A stretch of 25,234 nucleotides of DNA, taken from IMG/VR virus record IMGVR_UViG_3300033076_001042, positions 1-25,234 of that record. One strand, written 5' to 3'. Positions 14,634 through 24,480 of this stretch are shown piece by piece. The stretch is from a virus (lineage: Duplodnaviria; Caudoviricetes). Both the position numbers and the translations under genes were made by a program. The notes below the pieces were generated by a model. It searched no databases and was not told where the DNA came from. It saw only the letters and a program-made list of their open reading frames with translations. Numbering within the stretch: the first letter of the stretch is position 1; every line of letters starts with the position of its first letter.

Positions 14634-14980
14634 CGTACAGCACCTACATGGGTGAGCCGATCTACGACTACTTCGTTCACGCGGCGGGCGTGACGGACTA
14701 CCCGGCTGGTAGCGGCGCCACGACGACGACGCTCGCCTCTGGTGTGGCCCCGCTGGGAACGCGCGTCGTCCTGCATATGATCTTGCCGCTCAACGGATTC
14801 AACAACACGACTCCTGTTACCATCCTAAAAGGCGACGGATCGACAGCGTACTTTACGCCAGTCACTCCGGTGAACGTCAACGGCATGTCGGCGTCTATCG
14901 ACATCCTGCTGAATGATGGGCTGTCTGTTTCGGGTGGCTCTGGCGGCCCGTACCTGATCTCGTATCGCATCCTCGACTGA
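14630..14980 (+). CDS. Small beta-rich structural protein (116 aa)
   Basis: GGAG RBS 8 nt before GTG 14630 (GTGA overlap). T/G-rich, ending in GPYLISYRILD. Confidence 0.7.
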   Translation: MTYSTYMGEPIYDYFVHAAGVTDYPAGSGATTTTLASGVAPLGTRVVLHMILPLNGFNNTTPVTILKGDGSTAYFTPVTPVNVNGMSASIDILLNDGLSVSGGSGGPYLISYRILD

Positions 14981-14984
14981 TCGC

Positions 14985-17900
14985 ATGGCGACCAAGCGTT
15001 ATCCGCTCAAGCCGCTATCGGGCGGCGTCAAGACGGGCTTCCCGCCGTCGCTCCTCTCGGACGGCCAGACCCCGTTTGCGGAGAACGTCGAGTTCGCCAA
15101 CGAGTCGATCAAGACGCCGCGCGGTAGCCGCAAGGTCAACAACCAGACGCTCCTTCGCCCCGCGCTGCGCTGCCAGCCGGACCCCGGCTACTCGCCGCTC
15201 TACGTCGAAGCCGGGAAGTCTGTCCCGCTGCGGGGCTACGTCTACCTGCCGTACGATTCCGTCCACGATGTCGGCGGAGACTTCGCCGGCACTTCGGGCT
15301 CGTTCCCTACCGAGACGTTCCACAACCGGCGCGGGCGCTCCTTCGAGCTCCAGGTCAGCGTTCGCATCCCGGAGACGTTCAGGATGCAAGACCGCCCGGC
15401 TCGAGGCGAGGGCGTGCCCACGTCCGAGAACGCGCAGATCACGGCGGACTGCGGGTACGACGAGGGGCTCGACGACTGCACCGTCATCTTGCAGAAGGGC
15501 GGCGACCGCACCGCTCCGATGAGCTGGGCCATCGGGCTCGTCTGCGCGGGCAACTACGCGCACACCAGCGGCGTCGGGACGGCCAAGCCGCGCAAGAGCA
15601 ACTACTTCCTCACCTTCATGTGGCTCGACGCGCCCGAGTGGGGCGTGGGCGATCCCGCGAAGATGCGCTACGACCTTGGCACCTACGCGAACAACGCGAC
15701 GGGCGCCTACTCGACGCAGGCTCTCCGCGCCTTCATCCTCGATGGCAAGGACGACTCGTCGATGGCCTACGCCGTCGAGCCGGGTCGCACGTACTCAATC
15801 TCCGTGTCAGTCACGCTGGACTCGCTGACGGGCGGAACGACCTGGGCGCACAACGGGCGCGTCGACGTGCGGATGCGCGAGGAGAACGGCTCGCTGATGA
15901 CGGGCAGCTTCGTCGACTCCGGTGGTGGCGGCACCGCGACGAACCTCTCGATCTTCAAGGGACCGACCGACTCGCTGCGCTACCTCGCCAAGTTCGGCGT
16001 GCGCTACTCGGGCCGCGACGCGATGTACCTCGGGCTCGGGTACCGCACCGCGCCGTGGGAGGCGATGGGCTGGATCCCGTACGGATTCGACTCGGCGGCG
16101 ATGGAGCACAAGGGGTTCCGCATGGCGGACATGACCCTGAACTCCACGGCGGACCTCTACGGCGGTCTGACGTACGGGCTGACCTCGACGCACCCCGTCG
16201 CGGGCAATGCCTACCTCTCGGTAGTTCGCGCCCTGGTAGACGGTGGCGGCAGCGTTGGTGGATGGGGGAAGTCGGTACTCGGGCCGCGCAACGCCGCATG
16301 GGCCGGCTACGGCGGCAACACTGGCGCGGGGACCTCGACGGCGTTCAACTCGGAGGCCCTGCGCGGGTACCGCGTGGTGTTCCCTCGTTCGGCAGACGTG
16401 ACGATGAACGCGCTCCGTGGCGGGCGCATGACCATCGAGACGTACGTCGAGCAGGCGTCCGGCGACTACCGCCTGACCGTCACGAACCTCGCCAGCCTCG
16501 GCGTGACCTGGGCCGGCGCACAGCCGTTCATGGTTCAGGCGTTCCGCTGGAACCAGCAGGCCATCGACGTGCAAGACCTCCGCGTCTGGTCTTCGTCACG
16601 CGACTACACGAATGCTCGCGTCCAGTGGTCGCTCGGGCACTCGCTTGAGCTCGACGACGAGACGGAGCCTGAACTCTCGAAGCTCCAGGCTTACTGGCCC
16701 ATCGCGGACGCCGGGTCGCGCTACTGCGAGGAAGTGGTGCGCGGGCTTCACGGGTTCCTGGCCCCGTTCGGGATGGGGCTGGCTCCGCTTGGTGAGCGCG
16801 GAGATGACGCGCTGTTCCTGTCCGGCGAGGGCGAGGCTCTGACCTTCGACCTGTCGGAGAACCCGGTCTTTGCGCGCGAGATGCGTGCGATGCAGCAGTC
16901 GAACACGCGCGGGTTCGCCATCGAGCTGACGTGCATCATCCCGCAGGCGTTCTACGGCGTGTCGACCAACACTCCGTCCGGCACGCGCGGCAGCGAGTAC
17001 GAAGCGGCGTACTGCCCGGATCTCGTCACATGGTCGGCCAAGGGCGCCGATGAGGTGCGCGGTGCCGATCAAGCCATGCCGCTCCTCGTGATGGGGCACC
17101 ATTCCTGGTGGTCGACCGCCACGGGAACCACGCCTGAGCGGCGCCCGCAAGGGTTCCACGTCGACTACCACGGCACGCTCGACTCGGACAGCCCTGTGAT
17201 GACGACGGCGGTCGTCGGCTTCTCGCGTTCGGCGGGTGGCGCCGGCCTGTGGGACGACACCGCGCCGTGGGTCGGCAAGCGCATCACGATCCAGGTCGGC
17301 GTGCATCCTTCGCCGGCCAACCGTGCTGGCACCGCTGGGAAGCAGAACGAGTACCGCGTCTACATCGCGGCGACACCCAAGGGCGTGCTCAAGTACGCCG
17401 CTGGCGAGAACCCGCAAGCGGAGTTTGCCTACTGGGCGGAGAAGGCGATCCAGAAGAAGGATCTTGAGCGCCTGGTCGTCACCATCGGTGGTGGATGGAA
17501 CCCTTCGTCGGTGCGCGGCTACACCGAGTATTCGGCCCCGCTGATCGTGGACGAAGTTCGCATCTACGGTGCGACCGCTTCGGGCGATCTACCCTCGACA
17601 TCCGGCAACGTCACGACGGAGAAGCGCGGCAAGATCCTCGGGCGCGACGCGCTCCCGCAACGGGTGCTCACGAACGACGACTTCCTGCGCCCGCTCGGTG
17701 TCGGCTCCAGGGCTGCCGGATTCACCGAGGGCTCGGCCACGATCACGGCTCCTGGCGGGAGTTCCTTCTTCGGGCAGACGCCGGAGTCGGCGCTGAACGC
17801 TTTGCGTGAGCGGTTCGTGATCCCGCTCTCCGACAAGTACCAGAAGCCGGATGTCGATGGGCTGTCGGTCGAGCTCCAGGAGTTCTACTGGGTGTCGGCT

Positions 17901-20900
17901 GTAGCGTCCGATGGGCTGTCGGCAACGCTGGCGACGCCGTACACGGGGCCGGAGTCGGCTCGAGCGGCGGCGGCTGCGACGAACCTCATCGGCTACACGA
18001 CGTTCGCCAACGCTGCGGAGGAGCTGATCCAAGCTCCGCTGACGCTGGGTGCTGGCTCCACGTTCAAGCCGGGAACGACGAGAACGAAGGATCTCGTGCT
18101 CTCCGGCGACCTCTTTCCGAACAAGACTCCGGTGGACGGGCGTTGGCGTGCGCGCGTGGCTTCGCCGTTCACGTCGGGAGGTCTTTCGACGGTGCTTCCC
18201 CGCTGGGTGCGAGGCGTTGTGTCTCCCCGGCGAACCCCGGTCACGGGGATCACGGCCATTGACGATGTGCCTATCGCCACGACGCGCGGAGCGATCTTCC
18301 GCGTCGACGACCGCTGGCGCGAAGATGGCCCGACCGATGCGCTGCGTAAGTCTCTCGCCGTCCTCGGCCGCAAGCAGGAAAGCTGGACGGTGCCGCTTGC
18401 GCAGGACGGTGTGCGGTTCACCTCGTACTCGAACGTGTGGCCGTACTGGAGCACGGCGATCTACCAGGACTTCACCTGGGTCTACGACGCCTGGGTGTGG
18501 ATCGAGGAGTACGCAGAGTACCAGACGATCATGTGGCTGGGCTGCGAGCAGGCCCACCTACTCCTTGGGCCGGCCGCAAACGACAACCGGCGAGGTATCG
18601 GTCTGTGGCTGCGCCTGAACAACGGGCGCCCCGAGCTGGTGCGCGAAAGCCAAGGCAACTTCTCTGGTGGAGCAACGACGCCTCCTGATGGCCGGTACAC
18701 GGCGACGGCTTCTGATCGCGTCCCGCTCAAGAAGTGGACGCACCTTCGCGTGTACCTCGCGCACTACCAGAGTGGCGGAACGCAGATCCTCAAGAAGCCC
18801 GCATGGAAGATCAACGGGCGCGCATCGACGACGACGGTCAACGCCGTGGAGACGGGGTTGGCTGGCGCGGATGACTGGATCCAGTCGAACAACGGTGGCG
18901 GACTGATCGGTACGGCTGGAGACAGCCGCAACGTCCTATACCTTGGAGTTGGGCGCGACGCGATACGCACCCTTGGGAAAGCGCAGTTCACCGCAGTCAA
19001 CGTGCTCGGTGGACAAGAGTTCCCGGGAAGCCGCATCGCGGGGCGTCTACATCCGCTGCTTGGACGGATTGCCGGTGCTGTCGTGTGGCGCGCTGCTTCG
19101 GCGGATTCTTCCGTGAGCGGCTTCCCGGACTTTGACCCGTACACGCTCGACTACACGGGTCGACTCGTGCGCTTCCGTGCCGACATGCAAGAGGGGATCG
19201 GCGAGCTGATCTCCGATACGGGGACGGACACGACCGGCGGCGTTGCACAGACTGTTCCTGGCCTCGTGCTGTCGCATCCCGGCATCGACCTCTACAACGA
19301 GTTCGGGCGATCCGAGCAAGCCCCCAGCTTCGCATCGGCGGGCCAGCGTGTTTACGCGGCCAACGGCGGGCGAGTCGCTCAGGTCACGGAGCGGTCTGGA
19401 GGTCCTGCTGGCGTGACGGCCGCGACGACGACGGCTCGGTTCGAGGTGGAGCGCAAGCCACTGTGGAAGTCGAACTTCGCCCCGAGCGGAAGCACGTCAG
19501 GCGAGACTGATCCTATCCGTCAGGCGACGACCGGCTCGGGCCAGCAAATCTACCACTACGCCTCGTACGGCAACTCCTACGTGCGCCAGAAGTGGCATGA
19601 GGAGCTGCGCTGGTCCAAGGATGAAGCGGCGACGAACGACCCGTTCGACGTGTTCGGCTGCAAGTTCTACTGGAAGCCGCACGATGTTTCGGGAACGATC
19701 CCGCTGTGGAGCTCGCGCCTCTCTCGAGACTCGGGCTCAATCTTCCTGGAGTCCGTCGACGGCAAGCCCCGCGTCGGCTGGTGGGATGTCGCTCTCAAGA
19801 AGCAGGTCTACGTCACGCTGTCCGGCCAGGTGTTCCGGCCCGGCTACTGGTACTACGTGGCGCTGCGCAAGTCCTTCCCGATGCAGGACACGCAGGAGGG
19901 CAACTGGCTCAACACCTTCTGGTGCAACGGGCGCAGGCGACGCGCAACGTTCACGCTGACGGGCACGTGGAACGTCGGCGATGTGGTCCGCAACGCGGGC
20001 ACGACGAAGCGCGGACTCATCACGAAGGTCTACTCCGGACGCATCGAGTACGTTCTGTTCGACACGGATACCGACTTCACGTCTGGTGAGGCCGTTGTCG
20101 ACAACGAGACTGGGGCCACGGGAACGATCACGTCCACGCCGCACCAGACGATGGGCGACCTGCTCGTGGTGCGCGAGTTCCAGAAGTCTGCCCCGTCGCT
20201 CCAGGACATCCCTCTGCTCGCAGCCCAGGCGACCGACCGCTCCGCGATCAGCTTCACATGTGCGTTCCCGACCTCCACGAACACGACTGGCATCGGCCAG
20301 GTCACGCCGAAGGGTGCGCTGTTCTCGGGCGCCATCGGCGGCGTCGTCACGGCGGGCACGATGGTGGGTCGCGCCAACGCGCTGCGCCTGTTCACGAACG
20401 ACATGGTGGGGATGTATTTCCAGTTCGCCGGATCCCCGGCGGAGAAGGTCTACAAGATCGCGCTGGTCACGTCGAATACTCAGATCACGGTAGTTGACGA
20501 GTTCGGTGCCACGCCCAACCTGGCCTCCAAGACGAACGTCGGCGGGGCCGTATTCTGCGGGCACACGCTCATCAAGTCGCCGGAGTTCGATCAGTCGAAC
20601 GCTCCGGACCAGGCGGCGTATGACGTGGAGTTCATGGGCACGTCGCTGGCGAGCGATCCGACGCAAGGCTACGCGCGACACAACGGAGAGTTCGCCTCCT
20701 TCGCGTGGGGCGTCGTCTCATCCGAAGTCTCGACCTCGGCGTTCTACTCGGGGTTCAACCTCTTCGAGAGCGCCACGCCAACCGAGCTATCCGAGATGGG
20801 GGCCGACACGTTCGCCTCTACCATCTACAGCTCCTCGTCTCGTCCCGGCGAGCTTCGCGTGGATACTTCGCGCTGCTTCCTGTGCGTGGACACCCAGGTC

Positions 20901-22682
20901 TACGCTGGCGGCACGGCGGCAAGTTCACAGCCGAACGCGGCGCTCACTATCACGAAGGACACCGAGTCCAGCACGAACGCCGAGAACCCCCAGTGGCGGT
21001 ACATCACTCCGCCGCAACAGGCCGGCGGCAAGCGTCACCTCTACGTCGTCTTCTACGACCCCGAGCAGAACGAGCGGTCTGGCCCGGGCGAGCGCCTGAC
21101 GATCACGGTGCCAGAGGAAGACCATTCGAACCCGAGTGGCCTGACGCGCTTCCTCCTGACGGACATCCCCGTCAGCCACCAGCGCGGTGTCCAGCGATGG
21201 GTCTACATCACCGAGGCCGACTCGGAGGTTCCGTTCCGCGCTGCGATCATCCCGGACAACACGGCCGGCTCGATCTCGCTCGAGCTGAACGACGACCTCC
21301 TCGACTTCCAAGACGAACTCGACGTGGACACCGATGCGCCCCCGCGCTGCTCGGTCGTCGGCGCTTCGCAGGGTGTGATGTTCTACGGCGACGTGGAAGT
21401 CTCCGGCGTTCGCGCTCGGGATCTCCTGTTCTTCTCGAAGCTCGGCCGTCCGGTGAGCGTTCCGCCCAGCCGGTTCCTATCGCTGATCTCGGGGTCAAAC
21501 GAGCGCATCACGGCGATGGCGTCGCTCAACGGCGTGCTCCTCGTCTTCAAGAAGGACGCGATGCTCGAAGTTGTCGTAAGCGGCGACCTTGCGGCGCAGA
21601 ACGGCAAGAGCCAGGACTACGGGTGCGTGGGCGCGCAGGCCATCGCCGTGCTCGACCAGCGGTGCTACTGGCTGTCGCATGACCGTGGGTTCTACGTGTA
21701 CGCCGGGGCCGGCGGCGCGACGTGGCTTGGTGCCAACGTGGCGGATCTGTTCGAGGGCGACAACGAAGACGGACTCGTCGTCGACGGGCGCTACTTGAGC
21801 CGTTCGGTGCTGGCGGTCAACCGCCGGCAGAATCAGGTCGTGGCGCTCTGGAAGAACTCCTCGGAGCGTGCGCCGCGTCGCCGCATGACCATCGAGTACG
21901 ACTCCGGCCTGTCGGGCCAAGGCGTTCCCGGCGATCCCTCGAGCGGCTTCCGGTACGCGCTATACAGCGGTCCCTCGCTCACGGCCATCGGCTCCGTGGA
22001 CAGCACGATCCCCGGAGCGCAACGTCTTCTCGGTGGAACCGAAGACGGCTTCATCGTACACCTAGATCGCGTCGGGCCGGAGGTGGATCTCCAACCGTCC
22101 ACCCTCACCCAAACAGCGGCTCTCACCTCTGGCTCGACAACCTCCAAGCTCGTCATGTCGAGCTCGCCGGCGAACCTGGCGCTGCTCGAGGGCGTGCGCG
22201 GCGTCCCGGTTCACTGGAACGGTGGACTCGGCGTGGCGCTGTTCGTCGATGGCGCGAACGTCCACCTCGACCGTGCGGTGTCTTCCGCGCCGGCCACGGG
22301 CACGTCCATCGTGTTCGGTGGCCGCACTGTTGAGTGGCGCTCGAAGTGGCTTGACTTCGGGATCCCGGAACAGCGGAAGCTCCTGGAGTGGCTGCACATC
22401 CAGACCGTCGCGCAGTCGAGCGGTACGGCGTACCTCGAGGCGTACACGGTCGGGCTGCCCTCCGGCGTGGTCGAGGGGCCGAAGACCTTGGTGCTCGGCG
22501 GCACGCCGTACACGCAGGTTCCGCTCGACCTGACGAAGACCCTGCATCGGATCCCGCTGGGCGAGCTCCGGCAGTTCCAGTACGTCCAGTTCCGCATCAA
22601 GACGGTCCATCCGGCCAGCGATACGCGCATCGAGGTCATCGACCTGTCGGTGTCGGTCAACGAGACGGATCAGCGCCCATGA
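14985..22682 (+). CDS. Giant tail nozzle / DNA-stabilisation protein (P22 gp10 / tubular protein B-like) with LamG-like insertions (2565 aa)
   Basis: Nozzle-type N-terminus (LSGGV...AENVEF..SIKTPRG), propeller blades (LLFFSKLGRP, ITAMASLNGVLLVFKKD, YGCVGAQAI..CYWLS) and C-terminus (WRSKWLDFGIPEQRK...YVQFRI). Internal LamG-like motifs LQAYWP, VDEVRIY, WTHLRV and GYWYYVAL. Confidence 0.8.
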   Translation: MATKRYPLKPLSGGVKTGFPPSLLSDGQTPFAENVEFANESIKTPRGSRKVNNQTLLRPALRCQPDPGYSPLYVEAGKSVPLRGYVYLPYDSVHDVGGDFAGTSGSFPTETFHNRRGRSFELQVSVRIPETFRMQDRPARGEGVPTSENAQITADCGYDEGLDDCTVILQKGGDRTAPMSWAIGLVCAGNYAHTSGVGTAKPRKSNYFLTFMWLDAPEWGVGDPAKMRYDLGTYANNATGAYSTQALRAFILDGKDDSSMAYAVEPGRTYSISVSVTLDSLTGGTTWAHNGRVDVRMREENGSLMTGSFVDSGGGGTATNLSIFKGPTDSLRYLAKFGVRYSGRDAMYLGLGYRTAPWEAMGWIPYGFDSAAMEHKGFRMADMTLNSTADLYGGLTYGLTSTHPVAGNAYLSVVRALVDGGGSVGGWGKSVLGPRNAAWAGYGGNTGAGTSTAFNSEALRGYRVVFPRSADVTMNALRGGRMTIETYVEQASGDYRLTVTNLASLGVTWAGAQPFMVQAFRWNQQAIDVQDLRVWSSSRDYTNARVQWSLGHSLELDDETEPELSKLQAYWPIADAGSRYCEEVVRGLHGFLAPFGMGLAPLGERGDDALFLSGEGEALTFDLSENPVFAREMRAMQQSNTRGFAIELTCIIPQAFYGVSTNTPSGTRGSEYEAAYCPDLVTWSAKGADEVRGADQAMPLLVMGHHSWWSTATGTTPERRPQGFHVDYHGTLDSDSPVMTTAVVGFSRSAGGAGLWDDTAPWVGKRITIQVGVHPSPANRAGTAGKQNEYRVYIAATPKGVLKYAAGENPQAEFAYWAEKAIQKKDLERLVVTIGGGWNPSSVRGYTEYSAPLIVDEVRIYGATASGDLPSTSGNVTTEKRGKILGRDALPQRVLTNDDFLRPLGVGSRAAGFTEGSATITAPGGSSFFGQTPESALNALRERFVIPLSDKYQKPDVDGLSVELQEFYWVSAVASDGLSATLATPYTGPESARAAAAATNLIGYTTFANAAEELIQAPLTLGAGSTFKPGTTRTKDLVLSGDLFPNKTPVDGRWRARVASPFTSGGLSTVLPRWVRGVVSPRRTPVTGITAIDDVPIATTRGAIFRVDDRWREDGPTDALRKSLAVLGRKQESWTVPLAQDGVRFTSYSNVWPYWSTAIYQDFTWVYDAWVWIEEYAEYQTIMWLGCEQAHLLLGPAANDNRRGIGLWLRLNNGRPELVRESQGNFSGGATTPPDGRYTATASDRVPLKKWTHLRVYLAHYQSGGTQILKKPAWKINGRASTTTVNAVETGLAGADDWIQSNNGGGLIGTAGDSRNVLYLGVGRDAIRTLGKAQFTAVNVLGGQEFPGSRIAGRLHPLLGRIAGAVVWRAASADSSVSGFPDFDPYTLDYTGRLVRFRADMQEGIGELISDTGTDTTGGVAQTVPGLVLSHPGIDLYNEFGRSEQAPSFASAGQRVYAANGGRVAQVTERSGGPAGVTAATTTARFEVERKPLWKSNFAPSGSTSGETDPIRQATTGSGQQIYHYASYGNSYVRQKWHEELRWSKDEAATNDPFDVFGCKFYWKPHDVSGTIPLWSSRLSRDSGSIFLESVDGKPRVGWWDVALKKQVYVTLSGQVFRPGYWYYVALRKSFPMQDTQEGNWLNTFWCNGRRRRATFTLTGTWNVGDVVRNAGTTKRGLITKVYSGRIEYVLFDTDTDFTSGEAVVDNETGATGTITSTPHQTMGDLLVVREFQKSAPSLQDIPLLAAQATDRSAISFTCAFPTSTNTTGIGQVTPKGALFSGAIGGVVTAGTMVGRANALRLFTNDMVGMYFQFAGSPAEKVYKIALVTSNTQITVVDEFGATPNLASKTNVGGAVFCGHTLIKSPEFDQSNAPDQAAYDVEFMGTSLASDPTQGYARHNGEFASFAWGVVSSEVSTSAFYSGFNLFESATPTELSEMGADTFASTIYSSSSRPGELRVDTSRCFLCVDTQVYAGGTAASSQPNAALTITKDTESSTNAENPQWRYITPPQQAGGKRHLYVVFYDPEQNERSGPGERLTITVPEEDHSNPSGLTRFLLTDIPVSHQRGVQRWVYITEADSEVPFRAAIIPDNTAGSISLELNDDLLDFQDELDVDTDAPPRCSVVGASQGVMFYGDVEVSGVRARDLLFFSKLGRPVSVPPSRFLSLISGSNERITAMASLNGVLLVFKKDAMLEVVVSGDLAAQNGKSQDYGCVGAQAIAVLDQRCYWLSHDRGFYVYAGAGGATWLGANVADLFEGDNEDGLVVDGRYLSRSVLAVNRRQNQVVALWKNSSERAPRRRMTIEYDSGLSGQGVPGDPSSGFRYALYSGPSLTAIGSVDSTIPGAQRLLGGTEDGFIVHLDRVGPEVDLQPSTLTQTAALTSGSTTSKLVMSSSPANLALLEGVRGVPVHWNGGLGVALFVDGANVHLDRAVSSAPATGTSIVFGGRTVEWRSKWLDFGIPEQRKLLEWLHIQTVAQSSGTAYLEAYTVGLPSGVVEGPKTLVLGGTPYTQVPLDLTKTLHRIPLGELRQFQYVQFRIKTVHPASDTRIEVIDLSVSVNETDQRP

Positions 22683-23797
22683 CAAGGCGCCCCGTGCCCG
22701 TTGCGCCGCTGCCCGACACGTACGACCGGGCTGCGGTTCAGAACGCTCTGGAGACTCTGGAGCGGCTACGGGTGCAGCTTGCCGGCGGTCAGGCCGGCAT
22801 CCCGGCGGAGGCGTTCGAACCTGCCCGGTGGCCCACGGAGGATGAAGCAATCCCGCTCGAGCTGACGATCTCGAGCACGATGGACCGCTTCGTCTCGGGT
22901 GGCCCGGCGCGGATCTGGACGGGCACGCCGCGCCCTACGGCCACGTCCAAGATGGGGCCTGGGGCGCATCGCTACCGCATCGTCCTGAACGGCCAACGCT
23001 TCGGGGTGATGTCCCTGCGGCTGCCCCCGGACGCTGACATGGGGGCCACCATCGTTCCCGGGATCCTCGTGCAGCACGGGATCGTGGTCGCCAAAATCCC
23101 CCACCTGCTTGGTAGGCCGCCCCGCCGGATCCTGTCGATGGAGTCGGTGGGGGACAGCCCGACCAGCTTCCGTACGTTCTTCAACACGGCTGGCGCGGCG
23201 GTCTGGAACAGCGGCGGCACGACCCGGGACTTCTACTGGAAGCGGTCGACGGACGAGCACCTGACCCTTTCCCCGTACCCCTTTGCGTCAGCCTTCGGAA
23301 GCGACTCGACTTTGCAGGCGTCAACGTCGCAACTGCGCGACCTGAAAGGGTTTACGGCGACGCTTGTCAGCGGGCTCGACGGCGGCCAGGTGTTCCGGCA
23401 GCTCTGCTCAAGGTCGTGTCTTGGCCGGTCACTTCGAATGGACGGGCACGGGCCTTCGGCGAGCGTCCCGTCCGGGCTTCCGGTGGAGTCCCCTACGGTG
23501 CCGACAGCGGTCGACTGGCTCTCCCCGACGAGCTACACGCACCGGGTTGAGGGCTACGATCTGACGACGGCGCGGATTGCGCAGGGCATCCCCTTCTCCT
23601 ACGAGGACTGCGCGGCCCTGGCGGCGGACGAGTCGACGTTCTCGCTGGTGATACAGCCGGTAGGCGAGAAGCTCGTATCGCAAAGCCCGGCGCCGACTTA
23701 CGGCACCCCGGCGGTCTGGCACCAAAACGGGCTGGTTGTCGAGGACTCTGTGGCTGGAAGGTTGCGTTCCTGGGCTCTGGACATCATCGTGGAGTAA
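22679..23797 (+). CDS. Tail-associated protein (372 aa)
   Basis: ATGA overlap. N-terminal PVAPLPDTYDR..QNAL..LE helix and a HLLGRPP motif, as in proteins that follow the nozzle in podoviruses. Confidence 0.65.
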   Translation: MTRRPVPVAPLPDTYDRAAVQNALETLERLRVQLAGGQAGIPAEAFEPARWPTEDEAIPLELTISSTMDRFVSGGPARIWTGTPRPTATSKMGPGAHRYRIVLNGQRFGVMSLRLPPDADMGATIVPGILVQHGIVVAKIPHLLGRPPRRILSMESVGDSPTSFRTFFNTAGAAVWNSGGTTRDFYWKRSTDEHLTLSPYPFASAFGSDSTLQASTSQLRDLKGFTATLVSGLDGGQVFRQLCSRSCLGRSLRMDGHGPSASVPSGLPVESPTVPTAVDWLSPTSYTHRVEGYDLTTARIAQGIPFSYEDCAALAADESTFSLVIQPVGEKLVSQSPAPTYGTPAVWHQNGLVVEDSVAGRLRSWALDIIVE

Positions 23798-23799
23798 TC

Positions 23800-24477
23800 A
23801 TGGCTGGCGGATTCTCAGACTGGCTCTCGAGCCTCCCCTCAGCGAACGACCTGAACCTCTCGCAATCGTGGGGGGCGAAGCGCGGAAGCCAAGGCTACAT
23901 CAGGGGTTACGGCGGCGCCGACATGGCCGGCATCGGCCCGTCGAAGGTGCCCGCGATGTGGCAAGCGTTCGCTCCGCAGGCGCAAGCGATGTTGAACCAG
24001 ATGGCGGGCTCGAGGCGGCGCACGGCGCTGGCCGGTAGCTCCAACGCGCGGCGCGAGTTCGAGCGCAACCTCTACTCGACGTTCCAGAACCAAGGGATCG
24101 ACCAGGCGTTCGCACAGCGGATGGCTGCCCGAGAGCGCCCGCAGTTCGGCTACGGGTTGCAGCAGGAGCTCGGCGGGATCGAGACGCAACGTCTCGGCGA
24201 TTCGCTCAATCTGATGCAGGCGATGCAGAACGCGCTGACCCAGGCGTACTCTGGCGAGCGAGACACGGCGCTCCAGATGATGCTGGCCTCGAAGAACCGG
24301 ATGGCGTCGCGCGAAGCCGCGAAGTCGGCACAGTGGGCACAGCTTGGCGGCGCGGCGCTCGGTGCCGCCGGCATGGCGCTCGGTGGCCCGCTCGGTGGGA
24401 TGCTGGGCGGCATGGCCGGTCAACGCCTCAACCCGGGCATGGCCCCGCAAGGCCCGTACGCCGGGTACGGGGGTTGA
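23800..24477 (+). CDS. Internal virion / DNA ejection protein (225 aa)
   Basis: GGAG RBS. A/G/Q/M-rich, with a C-terminal glycine-zipper hydrophobic stretch LGGAALGAAGMALGGPLGGMLGG. Synteny agrees. Confidence 0.7.
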   Translation: MAGGFSDWLSSLPSANDLNLSQSWGAKRGSQGYIRGYGGADMAGIGPSKVPAMWQAFAPQAQAMLNQMAGSRRRTALAGSSNARREFERNLYSTFQNQGIDQAFAQRMAARERPQFGYGLQQELGGIETQRLGDSLNLMQAMQNALTQAYSGERDTALQMMLASKNRMASREAAKSAQWAQLGGAALGAAGMALGGPLGGMLGGMAGQRLNPGMAPQGPYAGYGG

Positions 24478-24480
24478 GCG

